Assembly (NCBI GenBank): GCA_032718475.1
Contig: JAUCBJ010008180.1
Span: forward strand, 1-39,902
DNA: 39,902 bases
Origin: Nemertoderma westbladi
Lineage: Eukaryota > Animalia > Xenacoelomorpha
Reading direction: 5' to 3'
In this document: positions 30,468 to 39,902 of the stretch, piece after piece
How the letters are laid out: the number at the start of each line of letters is the position of its first letter
Numbering within the stretch: position 1 is the first letter of the stretch
Made by a program: the position numbers and the translations under genes
Notes under the pieces: model-generated
The model's database searches: none
The model's input: the letters and a program-made list of their open reading frames with translations, nothing else
What the model was told of the DNA's origin: nothing

Positions 30468-31164
30468 CTGCCATTATTGGTTTACTGAAGAAGATACGCA
30501 ATGCACATTTCATTACGCTTCATAATAGCCTCTCGATAAGTCTACCCCACCGACGAGCGGCACTGGCTGTTTCCGCTAACGGGGCTCAGTTGAACAACGC
30601 GTCCCTTTGGTATCTGGTAATAAGGAATTTGGGATTTGGTATTAACGTTTTTGGTTTATATTTCGAATTCACAACAAAGATTATATAAATGAATAATGTA
30701 GAATATTACACAGGCAAAATGACCTTTACACGACCTACTGTATGTATAGTCAAGCCTATTGTTCGATCTTCCTTGGACATGTGGTATGCAATATATATAT
30801 TAGTGCCATTAAACGTTAATCCTCTATGAACCTAATTTCCATCTTACTCAATAGGCAGAGGTAATTACAGTATTATTGGTTTCGCAGCTGGCTGACTCTT
30901 TCCCCATTCCTTTGTGGTGGTGTGTAGTGTATGTAGTGTATTAGAGCAAACACTAGCAAAGGCTCATCCCAGCCTATCATTGCTAAGACAACACCCTATC
31001 AGAATACGTCATCCCTCATGAGCTGTTACTGTTGGTACCAGTGTAAGAACAGGAGGCACACACACATGAAGTTAAACATATCTCTCACTACTCAGCCCAC
31101 TAGCCCAGATTATCACTGCAGTACTGACTGTATTATATTTATTATACATATTGAAGCAACATAT

Positions 31165-32474
31165 ACAAAGAAGCATTTAAAGCATGTCCAATAATAAAGC
31201 GAGTGGATTAGATGAAATCCCAGCGGAGGTATGGAAAACAGGAGTGCTAAACAGACCATTATTGAATGTTTGCAACCGGATGTTAAAAGGGGAAAAGCCA
31301 CCACCAATTTGGACTAAAGGTCAACTAAAGCCTCTCCCCAAGAAAGGAGACCTCGGTATACCAACAAACTATCGTGGGATCTGTCTGCTTGTGGTAGCTG
31401 CCAAAATATACAATAAAATGATTCTATATAGGATTAGGCCTCACATAGAGAAACTACTGCGTAAGAGCCAAAACCCATTTCGACCAAGTAGATCAACAAT
31501 AGCTCAGATACTTGCACTACGGAGACTGATTGAAGGAATTAAGTCAAAGAATCTCCCCGCAGTCATGACTTGTGGACTTCAAGAAGGCATTCGGCTCCAT
31601 CCATAGAGGCAAAATGCTTGAAATCCTAAGAGCTTATGGAATACCAGAAGTAATTGTTGCTGGCATTGGATTGTTATATTGTGACACAGAAGCGCAGGTA
31701 CTCTCACCAGATGGTGAAACTGAGTTTTTCTCAATCCTGGCTGGGGTACTGCAAGGTGACACATTAGCACCATTACTATTTGTAATTGTGCTGGATTACG
31801 CAATGAGGACAGCCATAAAGGGTGAAGACCTGGGATTCACACTTCAAGAACGCAGAAGTAGTAGATATCCGGCAACTACAGTCACAGACACCGACTTTGC
31901 GGATGACATCGCCCTGCTCTCTAATACTCTAGCAGATGCACATCTTCTACTAAATAAAGTGGAGAGGGCTGCTAAGGAGGTTGGATTGCATATAAATGCT
32001 ACCAAGACTGAATTCATGACCTTTAATGTTGATGGAAACTTGACAACCATTGACAATAATCAACTAAGGAAGGTTGACGACTTCCAGTACCTTGGCGGTG
32101 AGACCTGGACACTGACGAAATCACTTGAACAACGACTTGATGGTTGCTACACAAGACTACTAAGGGCAGCCCTAAACATCAGCTGGACATCAGCTTTATG
32201 GTACAATACCACCTGTATCAACCACCCTCCGAGAACGCAGATTAAGATTCAGTGGGCACTGCTGGCGAAGTAAAGACGAGGTCATACCAGATCTACTTTT
32301 CTGGCAACCAACTCATGGAAAGCGTAGTCGTGGACGACCGGCCATAACATATATAGATCTACTTGAAAGGGATACTGAACTTGGGAGAAACGAAATTGCG
32401 ATCGGGAAGCCTGGAAGGATCTCATTTCCATTGTCCGAGTTCGCTCGACCTAGTAGTAGTAGTAGTAGTAGTAG
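31165..32474 (+). mobile_element. 5'-truncated, frameshifted RTE-clade LINE (RT pseudogene) with (TAG)8 tail
   Basis: Motifs KASGLDEI, PKKGD...NYRGICLL, DFKKAF, GVLQGDTLAPLLF, DFADDIALL, GLHINATKT and FQYLG, then an internal deletion. Frameshift near 31570. TAG repeats at 32451-32474. Confidence 0.92.
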
Positions 32475-32714
32475 AATTGTAGTATATTATATTATACATA
32501 TTTTATATGTATCATATTATATATATATATTATACAATGAACGATCGTCCTTCTAACTCAACTCTCAACTTCATAACTCATATATAGAAGCATATTATAC
32601 TCTACCTTCGTCATTTATCGGTAAATCCGCATTTCATATTTGTATTCATGCATATGCATCTGTAACCCATTGCTTTACTAACCTGCATTTAAGCATGTGG
32701 CACGAGTTATCTTT

Positions 32715-32885
32715 CGTTTATTATTTTGGTTTTATCGACCCAGCTCTGTAACCTGTACCTTTACTAACCTCCATAAACATGTGACACGTGTTAACTATTA
32801 ATATCCCGCCTCAATGTTAAATTCTCAATTTAGGGAAAGGAACAGGTTACAGTGGCACGTTATTTTAACCAAAATAATAAACTAA
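32715..32885. repeat. Imperfect inverted repeat (MITE-like hairpin)
   Basis: GTTTATTATTTTGGTT...CTGTAACCTGTACCTTT is inverted as AAAGGAACAGGTTACAG...AACCAAAATAATAAAC. Confidence 0.55.
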
Positions 32886-33299
32886 ACACAATAGAACAGG
32901 TTACAGTTTTATTTTAGAGAATAATCAGCTGTTATTTGCGTCCAATTTCCCCTGGAGAGGGATGAATTTTTATTGCGTCCAGTTTCCCCCGCTATCTGAA
33001 TGCACTAATAAAATTCTTAAAATATCGAATTTTGAATATGTACTAAATAAAATAAAATATTATCATAATATTAAATAGAGAGCAAAAAAAAACAAGGGTG
33101 TTACAAACCCATTATACGTAATGTAATGCACAGTGCATTGTTGCAATTAATTATTATTTTATTAAGTTGCTAGATTTTATAGTATTGCAATATTATGTCT
33201 CTCTTATCCTGTTATCGGAGAAAGGGATCCCCTGGATGTTAAGAATAGATAAATATAGAAGTAAAACTATCACCCATACTCAGGTCATTGCTGCTATCC

Positions 33300-35760
33300 G
33301 GTATATTCTTGAAGCAGTGTTTTATTGAATATTGATGTGAGCATAGCAACTAACTGTAAGGAGGGTAAACCCAGTTTCCAACTTCCACGAATGTAGTCTA
33401 TTAAGAGTGGATCGCTTTCAGCACCGCTGAGATGCTGTGACAGAAGAAAACTGAAGAAATAAGTGACTTTCTATTTCCGGTATTGAATGAGCTATATACT
33501 ATTCTACACTTAGCACGCATGATATGGGTATCTAGACTAAATGTATTAATTAAATAATGTGTTTAGTGATAATGTGTTATGTAGTTCCCAACTCGCAAAG
33601 CTGGGCGCATGGCTATAAGACACACCTTACTAATATCAGACACAAGAGAGGAGCAAATAACTGATGATCCTTATAAAGCAGAAGGAATACATATCATCCT
33701 CCAGATCAGTGAGGTTATATCTAAAGGCACGGAGTCGGCTGCCAGACCCCTTATATTTACTTTCGAGACATTTTTCCATATTTTGGTTATCAAGTGTTAT
33801 CAAGTGGTCCTGGTCCTGGATGTTTTGTTTTGTGGTTGGGAGTGGTAGACCAAGGAAGTGACAATACTTTGCCGGTTTGAATTTAATTCAACCTTGCAGT
33901 TCGATGTCCTTACTAGGGCTGCACCGTGTACCAGATTGTTTACATACCACAAAGTGTGTTTTCTTGATGTTTATAGTTAGATTGTGGTTCTCAAAGTATT
34001 TCTTGCAGATTTCGAACATTTCCTTCAGATCCGATTCCATGTTTGCAAGTAGTAAAATATCGTCCGCATAGTTAAGGCAGGGATATCCTTCATGATTGAT
34101 GTGCAGCCCCCGATTGGACAGCTCAAGGTCCTTAAACAGATCGCTGAAATATAGACTGAATAATAAAGCTGAGAGTACTCCTAACTCCTCCTCGTCTCAC
34201 TCCGCATTTCAATGAGATTTTGAATAGTAAGAGTGCAGAGATGCAAGAGTGCAGAGATGCAAGAGTTGATTTATCCAATGATGTGCCATCTAGTTTGTTG
34301 AATAGTGGCGAATATTTCACATTATCAATCGCAGAAAGATCCAATGGCATGATGTAACTGAGGATTTCTGTGTGTTAAAGTGTTTGATGAGCTTACTGGC
34401 TAGTAGATGTGGGAACTCAGTGTTCATACTCTTCTTGTAACCAAATTGTAGGTTACTGGTGTATAACTCTTGTATTTCATCTAATAACAGTAATTCCCAC
34501 ACCTTGGCACAGATATAATTGAAACACCCCTATCTGATTTGTGAACAATCCTGTCATCACTTTTAAGGGGAAGCATTAGTTTACTTGTTGATAGTACATC
34601 ATGAAATGTATGTGTTACTTTAATTGTGTTATATATGAAAGCCAATGCTTGATGTAAATTATCGGGTGCAGCATAGAGTAAATGTTCTGCAGTCAGAGCC
34701 TGACTGCAGAACTTTTAGTCTATGCTGCATCGTCAGAGATGTGCTATCAGCGGCCTTTCCCCTGTTTAGTGATTTGATAGCGATCCCTATGTCCGAGTAG
34801 ACACGCATTTGGTTGAACTTTGCCTGTACAAGTGGGAGAAGTCCAGGTGTAATCATTGATATTGAAACTTGAGCTGTAGTGTGAGAAGAGGTTATCAGCA
34901 TTTGCCTCCGGGGTAGTTTTCCTTGTCTCTTGTTTAAGAGTCCTCCAAAATTTTGTGTGGTTTGATCCCATATTATTTTGCAGTTAGTTCCCGAATATGT
35001 TCTAGGCATCCATGGTTTCCTAATTTTGCTTGAAGACGCCTAATTTCTAAACTCTATAGTTGTAATTCTTTCTTTTGCTCGAAGTCATCCAAGTTGGATT
35101 GAGATTGGAAGTGTGATATCTGTTTTTTCAAGTGCCCCAGACGTTCCCAAAAGTTATTCTTCATGTTATTGAGTAAGTGTGTTTTTGTAATTTTTTACGG
35201 TGGAGAAAGAAAAGGGGTATGTGCACTTCTGCGCTATGTGATCACATGATCATATGATCACCCCCATTACCTTGTAAGCGTGCTTATTAGCGTCTAGTGG
35301 GTCATGTGAGAGGTGTCGTGTATCATTACAAGCATCTATAGAGTCGTTTACTGCCTTATTGTAACTATTCAGTTGGTTAGGTTCAGCATTATTTAAAAGG
35401 AAAACTTGTTTCCTATTTTGAACCCAGTTGGAATTGCCATTGTCTTGGTTTGTCGCTGCCTTTACTAACTGGAGTTTTGCTAGTACAGGTGTATGATCTG
35501 AGCCATTGGTTGTGCAGCACTTCATTGCAGGTTAGGAAATGGGGAAGTGAAATTGGAACTACGATATGGTCAATGAAAGACGATCGTATAGTAGTCCCAT
35601 ATTTTGTCTTGAATCGGAAAGTGACAGGTCTAACATGAAATAAAGTATTGTGAGTGGGTCCGACCATATCACAATGGTGGACAACATTTTCGTTAAAGAT
35701 GTCACCAAAATTTGGAGAACGTTTATAGTTCACTGCATATATATCACGGACTTAGCTTTT
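33300..35760 (-). pseudogene. Decayed non-LTR retrotransposon ORF2 (APE endonuclease + RT)
   Basis: Minus-strand fragments occur in the expected order: SFIDHIVV and SDHTPV (APE C-terminal motifs), IKSLNRGKAA, LQFGYK, GVRRGGV, and CLNYADDILL (~34050-34080). Many stops and frameshifts; boundaries are approximate. Confidence 0.8.
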
Positions 35761-36227
35761 AATTAATTTCGTGTCATTTTCCTGGCGTCGTATACTAAGT
35801 AATATTTACCACATCATGTTATTATTAAACAAGTTATCATTATTTATTATAGTTAAATACTTAAAGTAGTTGGTTGACATTATTCTATTATAGCTGAGAA
35901 CATTGCCATGTGAAATCAGTACAAACTAATAATGTGAACACCAAAGTATTTGTTTTGTATTTGTCTTAGATAATTTCTTCAACAAAACATAGTTTTCCAA
36001 CATGGTAACATTATAGCTTATTAACCATCAAACATTGTAAGTACAAAGTTTAACACCAATTATTTGCACACAATTAGCAATTACTAATGAAACATGACGG
36101 ATTATACATATTCGCTGTCATCTGTTACTCATTTCATTTATATTATTGAATAATAATACTGATTTAATAACAATACTGACTCTTTCATGCTACTGTGAAC
36201 GAATCCATTATTACCTGACTTACCAAG

Positions 36228-37358
36228 ATGAAGTTTGCTGTTATTTGTTTGTTTATTGTCACCAATTGGATTAGCACAACGACCTCAGAGTTCTTATTGT
36301 CTCAAGCGCTATGCGATTACCATAATTACCCTCCAGCCCCATCAAATCTTCCGATGTGTACAATAAATAGCGAAGACAAAGATCACACTGTATGCAACAG
36401 TAGTGGCCAGGGGTGCCACTGTCATGAGGGTTTCGTAATGCCAGACAGTCAAGATAAGTGCATTTCCTGCAAAAACGGTGGACAATGCGGTGTGAATTCA
36501 GAGTGTGGGGGCGAGAAGTGCCAATGTACAAACACTAACGGAATAGTTTACGTTTACAACCCTTACCTTGCGGATAGTGGGTGCGGCCATTCCTGTGGAA
36601 GAGATGCCGATTGCTTTGGAGGCACATGTGAAGGACCAGGGGATGAGTACGGTACCTATTGCAGGTGTAAGGAAGGTCTAGTGATGGCAGATGACGGCAT
36701 TCATTGCGCTCCAGCCTGTTCCCAGTCTGTCTCTGATGATACGTATTGCGAGGAAGGCAATACCTGCGAGGCGCACACCGGTCGCTGTATTTGCGCACGT
36801 GGTGGTCGCCAGTTGTATCAGCGTTACAATCAGTGCGTTCTACCCTGCGGAGATACAGAGTTCTGCGGGAAGTTCAACGGTGTTCGAATGGGCAGATGCG
36901 AAGAAGAATTCACCAACCACCAGGCTGCTGGCTTGAGCACCGTTCACAAATTCTGCACTTGTCTTCGAGGTTATATTCTCAACTACGACACCGGTAAATG
37001 CATGGAGTCTTGCACAAACGATTTTTTCTGCGGAATGGGGGGGAAATGTGTCTATGCTGATGAGGAAAAAAACGAGTACCGGAAGAAGTGTAAATGCCCA
37101 CCGGAGTATAAACCCGATCCGGTTTACGGCAACTGCGTGAAGCGGTGCCATCGCGACGAAACGCAAACGGACGAGTATAATTACTGTGGCTACAATGCCA
37201 TCTGCGATCAAGAGGCCGAAGTGTGTATCTGTCACGATTACCAACGCGTTGATCCGGTGGCCGGATGGTGTATAAACGGAGCCACTGAAGTTGCCGCCGG
37301 TTTCATCACCACCTCTGTAACCCTTGTGGTTTATCTTTTTGTTAGTTTGTTGTACTAA
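36228..37358 (+). CDS. Secreted Cys-rich EGF/EB-module-like repeat protein with C-terminal hydrophobic tail (probable GPI anchor)
   Basis: N-terminal signal peptide MKFAVICLFIVTNWISTTTS. About seven C-x-x-D-x-x-C...C...CxC..G(Y/F)...C repeats. It ends NGA followed by a hydrophobic stretch running to the stop. Single exon, 376 aa. Confidence 0.85.
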   Translation: MKFAVICLFIVTNWISTTTSEFLLSQALCDYHNYPPAPSNLPMCTINSEDKDHTVCNSSGQGCHCHEGFVMPDSQDKCISCKNGGQCGVNSECGGEKCQCTNTNGIVYVYNPYLADSGCGHSCGRDADCFGGTCEGPGDEYGTYCRCKEGLVMADDGIHCAPACSQSVSDDTYCEEGNTCEAHTGRCICARGGRQLYQRYNQCVLPCGDTEFCGKFNGVRMGRCEEEFTNHQAAGLSTVHKFCTCLRGYILNYDTGKCMESCTNDFFCGMGGKCVYADEEKNEYRKKCKCPPEYKPDPVYGNCVKRCHRDETQTDEYNYCGYNAICDQEAEVCICHDYQRVDPVAGWCINGATEVAAGFITTSVTLVVYLFVSLLY

Positions 37359-38059
37359 ATGAGACATTGCATATATATTAACTGAAGATCTTGCAAAATT
37401 ACACGAGACTATAAACTTGTCCGCTGACATTGTATTTGTAAAATACATACGAACAGGGTAACAATTCTTTATTTTCGTTACTTTTTGCGGTGACAACATA
37501 GAGGTCCCTATAATTGTGTTCTGCATTTTATATAAATAATTTTTATCGATAAATCACTCTAATAATTATTGTATTACAATAGGATTATTTAGGATTACTA
37601 TATGTCAATGTCAATGTCGTTTGTAAGTCTGCAGTATCTTTCAGACCAAACATTATCGAATTGATTTAGTAGTAGGGCCTACATAGAATATCAAAAGGTC
37701 TATATCTAATCTAACAACATATTGTCTGATTCTTTTATTATTTTGTTCTACTGCATTTAAGTTGTAGTCCCTATATATGCATATAATAAGATGTTTTAAT
37801 TTTAATTGATGACAATTTCATAACCAGTTAAACATAAATATTTACATCACAGACGGGCAATTTAGTTCAAAGTTATATTTATGTATGGCTTCGCATGTGG
37901 AGTCAACCAATACTCCACATTGAATGTAGTATTTCTATGAATATATAATACGGCACAACCATAGGGCCAAATTAATCAATGAATGTGAGAGGCATGAGCC
38001 TAGGGTCCATTAGAAAATATGGGCCCGGCAGAATTGATTTTGAAGAATTGAAGAATTTT

Positions 38060-39711
38060 GATTTTACCCTGGAGAGGTATATTTTTGATTGCAACAATAA
38101 TATTCATCCCCATCTGCTACAATTTGAAGAAGACTATTACATAATAATACCTATAATTAAAACAATTAATTATTATAATTCTATAGTTAATAAAAACAGT
38201 ATATCATTCCGGGGATGGAATTTATAGGTCATCTAATATAATTAATTATTTAAAGATTAGCAAACAATACGATGTAATTGCATTGATAAAACCCATAAAT
38301 AAAACTTGGATATAAAATGTAAAATCGGAATGCAAAAGATCACTTTCTGAGTTAAGAAAGGAAAATTGGATACAACTTATCTGGATACAAGCGGTCCGTT
38401 TACCTTACAAAATGGAAAATTAGAATGTGGAAGTTAAGAACAGTCCCCCCGACTGTCCGGGGGGGAAGTGTCCTATTTGAACGGGGGGGAAGTGTCCGCA
38501 CACCAGTAATATACTTCGCTGAAGTTTTGGCCTATCCATTCAATCAATAGAAGGCCTAGTAGTTACTAGGGGATCTAGGACACTTCCCCCCCGGTCACTT
38601 CCCCCCCGCCCAAGTAGGACACTTCCCCCCCGGACACTTCCCCCCCCCCCAGTTAAAGTGTTAAAATTAATCTGGGTGCATCAAAGCAATAAACAAAAGT
38701 TAAAGATGGTTACAGGACAAGTTGTATCTAGACAAGTTTTTTTCAAAATTATAAAATAAACATTTTGTTTGTTTTTCATTTAATTGGGGGCTGCCGCCCC
38801 CAAACCCCCGCTTCTTTTGTTGCGGGCTGCCGCCCCCAAACCCCTTCTTATTTTCTTGGGGGCTGCCGCCCCCAAACCCCCGCTTCTTTTGTTGGGGGCT
38901 GCCGCCCCCAAACCCCGGCATTTCCCTGTGTGCCCGTGGTGAAAGACTTTGAGACCATTTTGAAATATTCAATTCATGTTTGTATCATCAGATAATAAAT
39001 TGACTAAGCCAAAAGTAGGAGCTGTATTGAATGTTAACCAAATTAATATATAAATTACTACAATATTATATAATTCAACAACATCCTATTAAAAATATTG
39101 CAAGAAACCAGGAAATTTAATATGTAGTGTGTATAATATCTATATATTATGTATAGTAATATGTATATCAATATGTAATTCTGAACACAGAATACAGGTC
39201 GACGCATGTCGATTTTACCCTGGAGATGTATAATTTTGATTGCAACAATAATATTCATCCCCATCTGCTACAATTTGAAGAACACTATTACATAATAATA
39301 CCTATATTTAAAACAATTAATTATTATAATTCTATAGTTAATAAAAACAGTATATCATTCCGGGGATGGAATTTATAGGTCATCTAATTAATTGTTTAAA
39401 GATTAGCAAACAATACGATGTAATTGCATTGATAAAACCCATAAATAAAACTTGGATATAAAATGTAAAATCGGGATGCAAAAGATCACTTTCTGAGCTA
39501 CGAAAGGAAAATTGGATACAACTTGTCTGGATACAAGCGGTCCGTTTACCTTACAAAATGGAAAATTAGAATGTGCGAAGTTAAGAACAGTCGGGGGGGA
39601 AGTGTCAGGGGGGGAGTGTCCGGGGGGGGGGGGGAAGTGTCCGCACACCAGTAATATCGCTGAAATTTTGGCCTATCCATTCAATCAATAGTAGGCCTAG
39701 TAGTTACTAGG
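38060..39711. repeat. ~500-bp direct duplication (38060-38570 and 39211-39711)
   Basis: GATTTTACCCTGGAGA...GGCCTAGTAGTTACTAGG occurs twice with scattered differences. Confidence 0.9.
38571..39649. mobile_element. MITE with GGACACTTCCCCCC terminal arrays and an internal 36-bp tandem repeat
   Basis: The left array (38578-38650) is inverted at 39593-39642. Termini are GG...CC. Four GGGGGCTGCCGCCCCCAAACCCC units lie at 38786-38918. No TSD was seen. Confidence 0.65.
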
Positions 39712-39902
39712 CCCACTTGAGCACCAGCTGCTGGCGTCACGTCTAAGACAATTTTCGTGTTACGGGGCTATTTTTCGAAATAAAAAAAAGACACTTTAAT
39801 AATTTTTTTCGAAACTTTTTTTTCCACATCCTGGGGTTGAGATGTCGATTGATATAACTTTCATTGACGGACGAGCTATATATAGCTTCGGAGGAGTTCA
39901 CA

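Larger units (their letters stand above)
30181..32998. mobile_element. Non-autonomous DNA transposon with CAGATAG...CTATCTG termini, carrying nested insertions
   Basis: CAGATAG(G)nAACTGGAC...CTCCAGGGGAAACTGGACGCAAAT (30181-30260) is inverted at 32934-32998; no TSD was recognised. Confidence 0.65.

Noticed and set aside
31130-32505. ATTATACATATT as TSD of the second RTE LINE
   Set aside because: The copies do not abut the element ends and lie in low-complexity AT sequence.
36840-37526. 228-aa minus-strand ORF
   Set aside because: It is antisense to the well-supported Cys-rich gene and has no recognisable features.

Overview
AT-rich eukaryotic, probably invertebrate animal, DNA. It holds two intronless host genes: a large Ig/FN3 single-pass cell-surface protein entering from the left edge (<1-4014), and a Cys-rich EGF/EB-like protein that is probably GPI-anchored (36228-37358). 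Between them lie about 32 kb of nested mobile elements. The main element is a young, full-length 14.3-kb BEL/Pao LTR retrotransposon (15288-29572, AAATG target-site duplication). Besides gag-pol it carries an array of about 24 small hairpins and, in the env position, an intact 867-aa ORF with a WRN/EXD-like DEDDy 3'-5' exonuclease domain and three CCHC zinc knuckles. It has no tRNA-type primer-binding site; the sequence in that position is complementary to a stretch of its own LTR, suggesting possible self-priming. Also present are a related solo LTR, a tRNA-derived element with a candidate type I hammerhead ribozyme, a foldback > Helitron > RTE-LINE nest, a MULE transposase remnant, two more LINE remnants and several MITEs. 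All family assignments come from motif recognition by eye; no database search was run.
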